Of a stretch of 64,000 nucleotides of DNA, positions 18,071-27,551 are shown piece by piece. A model generated the notes under the pieces. That model did no database searches, was not told the DNA's origin, and saw nothing but the letters and a program-made list of their open reading frames with translations. A program made the position numbers and the translations under genes. The stretch is from a virus. How positions within the stretch are numbered: position 1 is the stretch's first letter; each line of letters begins with the position of its first letter. The stretch covers positions 1 to 64,000 of IMG/VR virus record IMGVR_UViG_3300000233_000007, one strand, 5' to 3'.

Positions 18071-18332
18071 CTTTGCTAAACCAATAGATGCTTAATACAG
18101 AACTGCTTGATAGTAGAATAAACATTGAGCAGTTGTAGATTTGAGATTCTTCTTTTGTCATAGCTACTATGTTACCATTAACATCAACAATATCAGTATG
18201 ATTGTAGATAGCACATACAATTGATGAGTAGAATATAGCAATTAGTAGAATAGACAAAGAGATTATTTTCAATACATTATTTATGGCTGGAAGATTTAAG
18301 TTACACATTGAAAGGTAGGGGGATGTTCCCAT
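18045..18332 (-). CDS. Questionable small hydrophobic ORF (95 aa)
   Basis: Its start abuts motif copy 3 with zero spacing, and motif copy 18044 overlaps its 3' end. May be non-coding. Confidence 0.25.
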   Translation of the reverse strand: MGTSPYLSMCNLNLPAINNVLKIISLSILLIAIFYSSIVCAIYNHTDIVDVNGNIVAMTKEESQIYNCSMFILLSSSSVLSIYWFSKVSKNPNKY

Positions 18333-18365
18333 CTCAAGATTGGTGTGGGTGTTTGGGTAGGGTAG
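18333..18365. repeat. G-rich motif, copy 3 (CTCAAGATTGGTGTGGGTGTTTGGGTAGGGTAG)
   Basis: Same architecture as copies 1 and 2 with substitutions. Confidence 0.6.
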
Positions 18366-18425
18366 CTCACACCTTCATTTTATTTCTCAAAAAAAATTTT
18401 ATGGTAAAAATTTTCAGGCATAAAA

Positions 18426-18450
18426 AAATCCTTATAGTTCAGATAAGGAT
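18426..18450 (-). terminator. Hairpin AATCCTTAT-AGTTCAG-ATAAGGATT with a T-run on the minus strand (A-run on plus)
   Basis: Perfect 9-bp stem, 7-nt loop. Minus-strand reading is followed by TTTTTTTATGCC. Confidence 0.4.
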
Positions 18451-18695
18451 TTTGATTAATATAATATGAGAGAAAACTTCAACAAAATGTTTAAAAAGAA
18501 AAGAACCAAAAGAAAAACTATATATTTATGGCTTATGTTCTTTCAGAACTTATGTCTTACTATTTGTCTGCCCTGGGGGGCAGCATAGTAAAACTATGTT
18601 TGGCAAAGGTAGTCTTTTTTTCTGACATATTCAATAGTTTTAATGTTAAATTTTATAAAAGTTATTAACAAGCTATAATTAATCAAATCCTGGTA

Positions 18696-18736
18696 CTTTA
18701 CTATTTACTATTTACTATTTACTATTTATAGTAAAC
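18696..18736. repeat. Tandem heptamer array (CTATTTA)x4-5, ending in an inverted TAGTAAA
   Basis: ctttactatttactatttactatttactatttatagtaaac. Confidence 0.7.
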
Positions 18737-18769
18737 AACAAAATAAAAAATATTTAATTTTATTATGTA

Positions 18770-18796
18770 TTTGTATTAATATTTTTATTAACTTTG
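18770..18796 (+). promoter_or_regulatory. Candidate Bacteroidota-type promoter (TTTG ... TAACTTTG) for the plus-strand late operon
   Basis: TAACTTTG at 18789..18796 fits TAnnTTTG, 23 nt before the ATG at 18819. The upstream TTTG at 18770 has a 15-nt spacer, shorter than the 19-21 consensus. Confidence 0.3.
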
Positions 18797-18818
18797 CTTC
18801 AATTTTAAATGAATAAAT

Positions 18819-19175
18819 ATGATAGTAGAATTTAAGACTGTAAGGTCAAGTATAGAAGAAAAGTTTGAAAGAGACAAACAAGAAGAAATGAATGGTAAAT
18901 ATAGTTTACCTTTTTTAAATGAGTATGATTACATTGCAAGTATTTTTATTGAACTTAATAATGTAATTGATTTTGAAGAAGGTCAAGTATATGTTAATGA
19001 TAAACTTCATATTTGTGTATATGTCAGAGTTGATGATGATACTTATACAAGAAATGTTTTGATTGAACCAGGAAAATTTAAGAGTATTTTAGAATATAGC
19101 AGAAATGAAAAAATAAAAACTGCAACAGAAATATTAAATATTATAAGTAATGAAAATAATCCAACAAGCATTTAA
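18819..19175 (+). CDS. Hypothetical protein
   Basis: First ORF of the plus-strand block, 118 aa. Confidence 0.5.
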   Translation: MIVEFKTVRSSIEEKFERDKQEEMNGKYSLPFLNEYDYIASIFIELNNVIDFEEGQVYVNDKLHICVYVRVDDDTYTRNVLIEPGKFKSILEYSRNEKIKTATEILNIISNENNPTSI

Positions 19176-19506
19176 TTTAGAAACTCAAGATTATTATGTT
19201 ATGCACTTGAATATTGTTAATGCAATATTACCTGTTAAATTAACTGATAAAGAGTTAGAAGTTTTAGCAGCATTTATGGGATTAGAAAAGAATTTAATTG
19301 AAGAAAATTATTTTAATCCAGTTGCAAGAAAAAAAGTATTGAAAAAAGTAGGACTTTCTCCAGCAGGTTTAAGTAATCATTTAAAGTCAATGATTGATAA
19401 AGGATTTTTATCAAAGAATGATATTACTAATACAATAAGAATTAAACAATTTCTTTTACCAGAAGAAGATGGTCAAGGTTATCAATTTAAAATTGTAAAG
19501 AAATGA
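19150..19506 (+). CDS. HTH-containing small protein (regulator or small terminase candidate)
   Basis: KVGLSPAGLSNHLKSMIDKGFLS is helix-turn-helix-like. Confidence 0.45.
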   Translation: MKIIQQAFNLETQDYYVMHLNIVNAILPVKLTDKELEVLAAFMGLEKNLIEENYFNPVARKKVLKKVGLSPAGLSNHLKSMIDKGFLSKNDITNTIRIKQFLLPEEDGQGYQFKIVKK

Positions 19507-19820
19507 AGCTAACAAGTGAAGAATTATTAATTGAGTTTCACAAAGAAATGGAAAGTAAATATCCTGGTATAACTATTGAACAAGCAAAAGATATTTGTTA
19601 TGGTCCTTGGAGATTTTTAAAATCTGAAATGGAAAATGGAGAATTATCAGAAGTAAGGTTTAAATACTTTGGTACATTTCAAGTATATGAAGGAAGAGCA
19701 ATTAATATGTTAGAGAATATTAAGGAAAGATTTAAGTTTAATAAGATAAAAAAAGAAGAGTATTTTAGAATAAAAAATATGTTAACTAAATTTCTAACTA
19801 AAAATGAAATCAAAAATTAA
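19503..19820 (+). CDS. Hypothetical protein
   Basis: 105-aa ORF with 4-nt overlaps. Confidence 0.45.
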   Translation: MKLTSEELLIEFHKEMESKYPGITIEQAKDICYGPWRFLKSEMENGELSEVRFKYFGTFQVYEGRAINMLENIKERFKFNKIKKEEYFRIKNMLTKFLTKNEIKN

Positions 19821-20148
19821 TTTTAATAATATAGTTGCTTATATACAAGGTAATGTTAGATATAAGTTATGGTATTCTAATCTTTATTTTTTTATATCAT
19901 TGTATATAAGAGAACAAATTGATATGAGAATAGTTTCAATGAATAAAGAATGTTATGATAATGGTTCTTGTATAAAATGTGGATGTCGAACTACTCATTT
20001 ACAAATGGCTAATAAGAAATGTGAAGGAGATTGTTATCCAAAAATGTTAAGTAAAAAACAATGGTCTTATTTTAAGATAAGAAAGTTGATGGTTATTGAT
20101 GGAGTTTTATGGAAAATTAAACATAACAGATTTGAAAAAATTAAATGA
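19804..20148 (+). CDS. Cys-rich small protein (CxxC...C...C)
   Basis: CIKCGCRTTHLQMANKKCEGDC. Confidence 0.45.
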   Translation: MKSKINFNNIVAYIQGNVRYKLWYSNLYFFISLYIREQIDMRIVSMNKECYDNGSCIKCGCRTTHLQMANKKCEGDCYPKMLSKKQWSYFKIRKLMVIDGVLWKIKHNRFEKIK

Positions 20149-20441
20149 TGAAGTGGAAAAGACAATCTATAAATTTAGGAAATATTAAAGTTGGAGTTAA
20201 AAAAATTGTTATATTTGAATCATTAGATGTTTTAGATAATATTGATAATATGATTTCTTCATGTGGTTGTAGTGTTCCAAAGTTAGAAGGTAATAAAATA
20301 ATTGTTACTTATACTCCTGGTACTGTACCAATCCATTTGTACAATATTGGATATTATACTTCAACAAAAACAATAACAGTAAATTACAAAGATGGTAATA
20401 CAGATGTTTTGAGTTTTACAGCAAAAATATTTAGAAATTAA
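20145..20441 (+). CDS. Hypothetical protein
   Basis: 98-aa ORF, 4-nt overlap. Confidence 0.45.
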   Translation: MMKWKRQSINLGNIKVGVKKIVIFESLDVLDNIDNMISSCGCSVPKLEGNKIIVTYTPGTVPIHLYNIGYYTSTKTITVNYKDGNTDVLSFTAKIFRN

Positions 20442-20451
20442 AAAATAAATT

Positions 20452-20982
20452 ATGAAAGATATTGCAATAGTAATAGGACACACACAAAAAAGTAAAGGAG
20501 CATGTTCAACACATAACATACCTTGTGAATGGGATTTTAATAGTAAAGTAGCAGGATTTTTAAAAGATGTAGTTGATATATATACTTATGATAGTTATAC
20601 ATCAGGATATACAACAATGGTTAAGAAAAATGCAGCAAAATTAAATAAAGGTAATTATAAATTAGTTATTGAACTACATTATAATGCAGCATCAGTAGAA
20701 GCTAATGGATGTGAAACTTTATATTATTTTAATAATAAGAAAGGCAAATATCTTGCTGAACAATCAAGTATGTTAATAAGTAGTGTTTTTAAAGTTAAGA
20801 ATAGAGGAGCAAGAGCTTTAGTTAATGATAAAGATAGAGGATTTGCAGCAGTATTTTATCCAAATGCTACTACTATATTATTAGAACCTTTCTTTGGAAG
20901 TAATAAAGGTGATAGTGATAAGTTTAGAGATAAAGAAAAAGAGTATGCAGAGGTTATTAAAAGAATAATTAAATTAGTTTAA
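20452..20982 (+). CDS. N-acetylmuramoyl-L-alanine amidase (Amidase_3-type endolysin)
   Basis: IAIVIGHTQKSKGA (GH), ELHYNAAS...NGCETLYY (H, E), NRGAR, and AVFYPNATTILLEPFFGSN (E) in Amidase_3 order. Confidence 0.7.
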   Translation: MKDIAIVIGHTQKSKGACSTHNIPCEWDFNSKVAGFLKDVVDIYTYDSYTSGYTTMVKKNAAKLNKGNYKLVIELHYNAASVEANGCETLYYFNNKKGKYLAEQSSMLISSVFKVKNRGARALVNDKDRGFAAVFYPNATTILLEPFFGSNKGDSDKFRDKEKEYAEVIKRIIKLV

Positions 20983-20983
20983 T

Positions 20984-21556
20984 ATGGCATTTTTATTTCA
21001 AATAAATGGTAAAGCAGTATTTCCAAATCCTGAAACTTTATTAATACATCCTTTTAAAGATATATGGGATAGAGATGAATCACCAGGAAAGGAAATAGCA
21101 ATACAAGAGTTTGCATACATTGAATTTACTACTTCTATGTTGAAGTCAAATCCTTATAGAGAATATCCAGAAGATAAGAAAGATGTTATTCTTAAAAAAG
21201 AAATAATGTTAGATGAAAATTGGGAAGCTGATGATTTGATTATTGAAGGTATTAAAAAAATTCAAGAGTTACAAAAAGAAGGTTCTATAACATATAGTTA
21301 TTGGATGTCTAATAAAGTAGCTATTGAAAAGATGATAGAATTTTTTAATAACTTTGATATTGATGAAAGAAATTTTAAATCAGGTATGCCAATTTATAAA
21401 CCTAAAGATATAACATCAGCAGTTGCAGATGCAGAAAAAACATTAACTACATTAACAGCATTGAAGTCAAAAGTAGATGAAGAAGTATTTGAAATTTCAA
21501 AAACAAAAAGTGATAAAAAAATTAGTCCATTTGCAAACCCAGATAGTTTAAAATAA
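20984..21556 (+). CDS. Hypothetical protein
   Basis: 190-aa ORF. Confidence 0.5.
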   Translation: MAFLFQINGKAVFPNPETLLIHPFKDIWDRDESPGKEIAIQEFAYIEFTTSMLKSNPYREYPEDKKDVILKKEIMLDENWEADDLIIEGIKKIQELQKEGSITYSYWMSNKVAIEKMIEFFNNFDIDERNFKSGMPIYKPKDITSAVADAEKTLTTLTALKSKVDEEVFEISKTKSDKKISPFANPDSLK

Positions 21557-21562
21557 TAATAT

Positions 21563-23728
21563 ATGTATTCAGAAGGTAAATTAGATGCAGTAAGAAATCC
21601 AGATGGAATATGGATTAATAGTCAAGTGTTTAGAGAAGAAGGTAATAGGTTTAAAAAATATAACTATTATACACCTGACCCTTGGGGTTCTCCTGCTTGG
21701 TTTGACTATTGGCAAGAACAAAGAAAGAGATGTATAAATGGTTATACAGTAAGTGGAGTAAAGATTACAGGTGAACATTATTTTTATTTAAACTTTACAC
21801 CAATTCAAAAGGTTGATAATATTAGTGGAAATAGAGCAGATAAAGTAGAAGGTTTTCCTGACTTTTGGGATGGTGATTATAATTATTTCTGGTCAAGAGA
21901 AATTGCAAAAAATGGTTTAGTAAAAGCATTAGGAATAGATGATAAATTTGAAGAAGAATTTAAAATTCATTGTACTACTTTACCTGAAGCAGAAGCAAGA
22001 AAGAAATTATTGCAAAAATATTTTGATGGATTACAACTTGAAGTAAAAATTGAAGTAGATTATTTAGGTGGTGGTTATAATTTAATTGTAGGTAAATCAA
22101 GAAGAAAGGGTTATTCCCTTAAAAATCAAGCAATTGCAGCAAATAATTATCAAACTATACCAAAAAGTTATACAGCATTTGGTGCTTATGAAAAAAGATT
22201 CCTTTATCCTGGTGCTATTTTTTCATATACAATGGACACAATTAACTTTGTGAATACAAATACAGCATGGGCAATGCCTTCAGATGTATTGAAAAAAGCA
22301 GACCATATTAAATCAAGTTATATTGAATATAAAAATGGTATTAAAATTGAGAATGGTTTTAAATCAGAAATACAAGCAGTTACATTTAAAGATAACCCTG
22401 ATGCTTTAAGGGGTAAGAATGCAAAGGATATTTTCTTTGAAGAATCAGGAGCATTTGGTACACCAGGATTATTGAAAGCATCTTATTCAGCATCACAAGA
22501 CTGTGTAATGGCAGGAGCTATTAAAACAGGAATGATAACAATCTTTGGTACATCTGGAGATATGGAAGGTGGTACTTATGATTATGCTGATATGTTTCAA
22601 AGACCAGAAGCATTTGATTTAATGCCTTTTATTAATGTATGGGATGAAGGTGCAGAAAAAACTAAAGTAGGATTCTTTCACCCAATTAATTGGAATATGG
22701 AAGGGTTTTATGATGAACAAGGTAACTCAAATAAAAAAGCAGCAAAAGATTTAGAATTAGCTACAAGAGCAAAATTGATTCAAAGTGGTGCAACATCAAC
22801 AGAGTTACAACAAAGGATGCAAGAAAAACCACTTGGTCCAGCAGAAGCATTTGCAGCAGTATCAAGTAATACATTTCCAGTAGTAGAATTAAAAGCACAA
22901 TTACAGAAAGTTAAAGGTAATGGTTGGCAATTTACAAAAGGTACACCAGTTGATTTATTACTTGAAGATGGTAAAGTAATAGCTAAACCTATATTAAATG
23001 GTTCAAAAGAACCTATTACAAGTTATCATCATATACCAACTAATAAAAGAGGATGTCCTGTAATATATGAAATGCCTGTACATAATGCTCCTAAAGGTTT
23101 ATATAAGATTGGTTATGACCCTATTAGACAAGAAGAAGGAACATCATTAGCTTCTATTTGTGTTTACAAAGGAGTTCATATTGGTACAGTTTATCATAGT
23201 ATTTTAGTAGCAGAATATATTGGTAGATATGAAGACCCAGATGATATAGATAGGATAGCAGAAATGTTTGCTGATTTATATAACACTACTATAATGTATG
23301 AGAATGAAGTAACAGGTGTAAAGAATTATTTTAGAAGAATTAAAAGATTAGGATTATTAGCATTACAACCTGATTCAGTTATTTCTAAAAATGTAAAACA
23401 TAGTAAAGTAGCAAGGGTTTATGGTTGCCACATGAATGTTCAACTTAAAGATGCTGGAGAAAGATATGTAAAGTCCTGGTTATTAACAGTTTTAGACTAT
23501 GATGAAGAAGGTAATCCTATAAGAGTTATTGATAGAATCTATTCAATTAGATTACTTGAAGAATTAATTTCTTATAATAGAAAAGGTAACTTTGACCTTG
23601 TGTCTTCTTTATTTATGTGTATGTTTCAAGTACAAGAAGAAGTTTTAGGTAAAGAGTATGATGTTAAAAAAGAAAATAAAAATGCAAAAAAATTATTAGA
23701 AATGGTAAATGAAATGTATAAAAAATAA
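21563..23728 (+). CDS. terL: Terminase large subunit
   Basis: 721 aa. Deviant P-loop LIVGKSRRKGYS (22081..22120) resembles lambda gpA KSARVGYS. Sits immediately upstream of the portal. Confidence 0.65.
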   Translation: MYSEGKLDAVRNPDGIWINSQVFREEGNRFKKYNYYTPDPWGSPAWFDYWQEQRKRCINGYTVSGVKITGEHYFYLNFTPIQKVDNISGNRADKVEGFPDFWDGDYNYFWSREIAKNGLVKALGIDDKFEEEFKIHCTTLPEAEARKKLLQKYFDGLQLEVKIEVDYLGGGYNLIVGKSRRKGYSLKNQAIAANNYQTIPKSYTAFGAYEKRFLYPGAIFSYTMDTINFVNTNTAWAMPSDVLKKADHIKSSYIEYKNGIKIENGFKSEIQAVTFKDNPDALRGKNAKDIFFEESGAFGTPGLLKASYSASQDCVMAGAIKTGMITIFGTSGDMEGGTYDYADMFQRPEAFDLMPFINVWDEGAEKTKVGFFHPINWNMEGFYDEQGNSNKKAAKDLELATRAKLIQSGATSTELQQRMQEKPLGPAEAFAAVSSNTFPVVELKAQLQKVKGNGWQFTKGTPVDLLLEDGKVIAKPILNGSKEPITSYHHIPTNKRGCPVIYEMPVHNAPKGLYKIGYDPIRQEEGTSLASICVYKGVHIGTVYHSILVAEYIGRYEDPDDIDRIAEMFADLYNTTIMYENEVTGVKNYFRRIKRLGLLALQPDSVISKNVKHSKVARVYGCHMNVQLKDAGERYVKSWLLTVLDYDEEGNPIRVIDRIYSIRLLEELISYNRKGNFDLVSSLFMCMFQVQEEVLGKEYDVKKENKNAKKLLEMVNEMYKK

Positions 23729-23845
23729 TTTGTATATTTGCAAAAAATTTTAAACTATGGATAAAAAAATAAAAAAGTTTTTTATGAAGATAAAAGCATT
23801 GTCTATATCTGAAAAAATTACAAGAAATAAAATTATATCAAGAAC

Positions 23846-26275
23846 ATGTACACAATAAAACAAAATCAAAGAATATCATATACTGCTAAAAATGCTGATA
23901 ATAAAGCATGGTATAAAGAACAAGCAGATAGAATTGATAGTGAACATAACAGCACAAGTTATGTTCAAGGTGATATATCTAATTATAAGAGAATGAAAGT
24001 TAATTATGATTTATTTAATAATATACTTGACCTCTCTGATTTTGAATATGTATGTAAACCATTTGGTGCTAAAATGGGTGAATTACCAGCTAAAATGGTA
24101 AATAGAGATATTGTATCTGGAAAAATTAAAGCAATGTTAGGTATGGAAATGAAAAGACCATTTTCATGGAATGTTATTGCTACAAATCCAGAAGCAACTA
24201 CAAGAAAAGAACAAGAAGAATTTAAAAGAATAAAAGATTTTGTTATTTCAGAAACTTTAAAACCAATTAGATTACAAATTGAACAACAAAAAGCTGAAGA
24301 AGCTAAAGGTAAACAATTAACACCAGAAGAAATACAACAAATTCAACAACAAATAGAAGAAGAACTTCAAGCACAAACACCAGAAGAAGTTAAGAAGTAT
24401 ATGACAAGAGAACATCAAGACCCAGCAGAGGTTATGTCTCAACAATTACTTGAATATCTTACTCAAAAATGTGATTTAAAAAGAAAATTTAATAATACAT
24501 TTAAGCATGGTTTATTATCAGCTAAAGGTATTATGTATGTTGGTATTTTAAATGGTGAACCAGAAGTTTGGAATGTAAACTCTATGAGATTCAATGGAGA
24601 TAATTCACCTGATTTACAATTTGTTGAAGATGGTGAATATGCAAGTTGTGAATATCCAATGCAACCATCTGAAATAGTTAAATATTTTGGTGATGAATTA
24701 ACTCAAGATGAAATAGACAAGATATATAGCTCATGGTCTGGAAACAGAAAAGGAGTAATGGAAGATGATTTATTTATAGTTGATGAAAAACAAAAAGATT
24801 ATGATGATAATTCATCTATTAAATTAATACATTGTGTTTGGAAATCATTAAGAAAAATAGGATTTTTATCTTATAAAGATGATGATGGAGAAATTCAAGA
24901 AATGATTGTAGATGAAAACTACAAATTAAATAAGGATGCAGGAGATATTAAAATAGAATGGGAATGGATTCCAGAAGTTTATGAAACTTGGAAAATTAAA
25001 ACATTAGAACCTATCTATTTAAAAATGCAACCAATACCAGGACAGTTTAAAGATATTGATAATTTATATTATTGTAAACTTCCTTATTATGGAGTTATAT
25101 ATGATAATATGAACTCTCAAGAAACCTCTTTAATGGATAGACTTAAAATTTATCAATATTACTATAATATAGTAATGTATAGATTAGAGTTACTTTTAGC
25201 TTCTGATAAAGGTAAAAAAGTATTAATGAATATTAATATGATTCCAGATTCAGCAGGTATTGATATTAAACAATGGCAATATTTTATGGAAAGTACACCT
25301 TATATGTGGTATGACCCAAATGAGGAAGGTACAGGATATGCAGATGCTAATACAGTTGCTAAAGTAATTGATTTATCATTAGTTTCTGATATACAAAAAT
25401 ATATTGAAATTGCTGAATATTTAAGAACACAATGTGGTAGAAGTGTTGGTATATCAGACCAAGTTGAAGGTCAAATTGGACCAAATGATAGTGTTGGTGG
25501 AACAAGACAAGCATTAGTTCAATCTTCTCATATACTTGAACCATACTTTGAATTACATAGTTATGTAAAAAGAAATGTATTACAAGCATTAATTGAAACT
25601 GCAAAAATTGCTTATTCAGGAACTAAAAAAAGAAAACTTACTTATTTTCTTGATGATATGTCAAGAAGAGTTATTGATTTAGATGTTGGTTTATTAGATA
25701 CTTCTACATTAGGTATATTTGTTTCTAATTCAGCTAAAGCAGAAGAAGCTAAAGATTTAATTAGACAATTAACTCATGCAGCATTACAAAATCAAAAAGT
25801 TGAATTATCTGATGTTATTTCAGTTATTAGACAAGAGGGTATTGTTGAAGCAGAAGAAACTCTTAAAGCAGCAGAAGCAAAAAGAAATGAATATGAACAA
25901 CAAAGTACTCAATCTACTCTTAAAGCTAATGCAGACGAAGCAGAAAAAGAAAGAGAATTTACAAGAGAAAAATGGCAACATGAAAAAGATTTAGCAGTAT
26001 TGAAAGAAGAAGAGAAAAGAGAAACTGTTATTGTACAAGGTGCTTTAGTTGGAGCTTCATTTAATCCTGACCAGGATGCTGATAATGATGGTTTAAATGA
26101 CTTTATGGAAGTAGCTAAATATGGATTAGATGCAGAAGTTAAAAGAAGAAATGTACAATTACAAGAAAACAAATTAGAACACCAAAAAATGATAGATGAT
26201 AAAAAATTAAAGCAACAAGATAAAAAATTGAGTATTGAAGAAAAGAAATTAAATAAGCCTAATACCAGTAATTAA
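23846..26275 (+). CDS. Portal protein (large, with K/E-rich coiled-coil C-terminal extension)
   Basis: 809 aa, between the terminase and the scaffold/capsid genes. Size typical of crAss-like portals. Assigned by position and size only. Confidence 0.55.
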   Translation: MYTIKQNQRISYTAKNADNKAWYKEQADRIDSEHNSTSYVQGDISNYKRMKVNYDLFNNILDLSDFEYVCKPFGAKMGELPAKMVNRDIVSGKIKAMLGMEMKRPFSWNVIATNPEATTRKEQEEFKRIKDFVISETLKPIRLQIEQQKAEEAKGKQLTPEEIQQIQQQIEEELQAQTPEEVKKYMTREHQDPAEVMSQQLLEYLTQKCDLKRKFNNTFKHGLLSAKGIMYVGILNGEPEVWNVNSMRFNGDNSPDLQFVEDGEYASCEYPMQPSEIVKYFGDELTQDEIDKIYSSWSGNRKGVMEDDLFIVDEKQKDYDDNSSIKLIHCVWKSLRKIGFLSYKDDDGEIQEMIVDENYKLNKDAGDIKIEWEWIPEVYETWKIKTLEPIYLKMQPIPGQFKDIDNLYYCKLPYYGVIYDNMNSQETSLMDRLKIYQYYYNIVMYRLELLLASDKGKKVLMNINMIPDSAGIDIKQWQYFMESTPYMWYDPNEEGTGYADANTVAKVIDLSLVSDIQKYIEIAEYLRTQCGRSVGISDQVEGQIGPNDSVGGTRQALVQSSHILEPYFELHSYVKRNVLQALIETAKIAYSGTKKRKLTYFLDDMSRRVIDLDVGLLDTSTLGIFVSNSAKAEEAKDLIRQLTHAALQNQKVELSDVISVIRQEGIVEAEETLKAAEAKRNEYEQQSTQSTLKANADEAEKEREFTREKWQHEKDLAVLKEEEKRETVIVQGALVGASFNPDQDADNDGLNDFMEVAKYGLDAEVKRRNVQLQENKLEHQKMIDDKKLKQQDKKLSIEEKKLNKPNTSN

Positions 26276-26355
26276 AAAAAAGCTATTAGACATTATTTAA
26301 AAAAATTAAGTTTAAAAATGTAGTTTTATTAATTTTAATTATTAACTTTGTACCC

Positions 26356-27534
26356 ATGATAGTAGAAGAACAAAATAATAGTCTTGAAGGATTTGAAGGT
26401 TGGGCAGACCTTGCACCAGAAACAGACTTTTTTAGTCAGCAAGACACAGAGCAAGAGCCAGGCACAGATGCTAAATCTGTAATTGAAAAATTATCTCAAG
26501 ATGAAGTAGTTGAGGTAAAAGAAGAAAAAGAGAAGAAGAAAGAAACTTCACAAGAAAATAAAGATGAAAAGAATTTATTTGATGTAGAAGAAAATGAAGA
26601 TGAAGACCCTGATGATGAAGGTGAAGACCCAAAAGCAGAATTAGGAAGTAATGTATCAGTATTGAATACATTAAAAGAAAAAGGTTTATTAGATTATGAA
26701 CTTGAAGAAGGTGAAGAATTAACAGAAGAATTAGCAGAAGAATTAATTGAAGAAAAATTTGAAGAAAGTGTTGATAATAAGGTAAAAGAATTATTAATTG
26801 AATTACCAGAATTAGCACAACAATTAATTCAATTCACTTTAAAAGGTGGTAATCCAGTTGAGTTTATTCATAGTTTAACTTCTAATGAAGTTTCATTAAA
26901 ACCAGATATTGATTTAGAAAAAGAAGAAAATCAAATTTTAGTAATGAAACAACTTTTGAAACTTGAAGATAAAGATGATGAAGAAATTGAAACTGAAATT
27001 GAATTCTTAAAAGATTCTGGAAAATTAAAAACAATGTCTGAAAAGAAATTTAACAAGTTTAAATTAGAAGCAGAAAACAGACAAAAAGAATTATTGAAAG
27101 AACAAGAAGAAGCTAAAGAAGAAGAGAAAAAACAAATCAAACAAGCAAAAGCAAAAATTTCTAATTTTTTGAATGAAAGTCAAGAATTAAATGGTGTAAG
27201 TTTTTCTAAAGAAGATAAGAAAGAATTACCATCATATATGAATGACAGAACAGTTAAGTTGCAAAATGGAACTGTTATCACTCAAATGCAAAAAGAATTG
27301 TTTTATGACTTACCAAAGAATGAAAAAGCATTGATACAACTTGCTACATTATTGAAAAATAGAAATGATGATGGAACATTTAATTTTGATAGTATAGTAA
27401 AAAGTACAAAAACAAAAGTAACACAAGAAGTAAGACAAGAAATTAGAAGAAATAAATCGAGTATTCCTGGAAGTTCAACAAGTAAAAGTAATAAGGCAAA
27501 TAAAAATTTAGCTGAATATTTTACAAAAAATTAA
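26356..27534 (+). CDS. Scaffolding-like protein (highly acidic, Lys-rich, coiled coil)
   Basis: Glu/Asp runs (EENEDEDPDDEGEDP), long helical KE repeats, located between the portal and the capsid gene. Confidence 0.5.
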   Translation: MIVEEQNNSLEGFEGWADLAPETDFFSQQDTEQEPGTDAKSVIEKLSQDEVVEVKEEKEKKKETSQENKDEKNLFDVEENEDEDPDDEGEDPKAELGSNVSVLNTLKEKGLLDYELEEGEELTEELAEELIEEKFEESVDNKVKELLIELPELAQQLIQFTLKGGNPVEFIHSLTSNEVSLKPDIDLEKEENQILVMKQLLKLEDKDDEEIETEIEFLKDSGKLKTMSEKKFNKFKLEAENRQKELLKEQEEAKEEEKKQIKQAKAKISNFLNESQELNGVSFSKEDKKELPSYMNDRTVKLQNGTVITQMQKELFYDLPKNEKALIQLATLLKNRNDDGTFNFDSIVKSTKTKVTQEVRQEIRRNKSSIPGSSTSKSNKANKNLAEYFTKN

Positions 27535-27551
27535 AAATTAAAAATTAAATT

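Larger units (their letters stand above)
16706..18818. promoter_or_regulatory. Divergent switch region: 2.1 kb with one convincing small gene only, several repeat families, hairpins. Candidate origin and early-promoter region
   Basis: No ORF of 60 aa or more on either strand in 16706..17580. The transcription units on either side point away from it. Confidence 0.55.

Noticed and set aside
16706-18818. tRNA genes or a CRISPR array in the ORF-poor region
   Set aside because: No cloverleaf-compatible segment with a GTTC(G/A)A T-loop found by eye. Repeats are few (2-4 copies), unequal in spacing and lack the repeat-spacer regularity of CRISPR.
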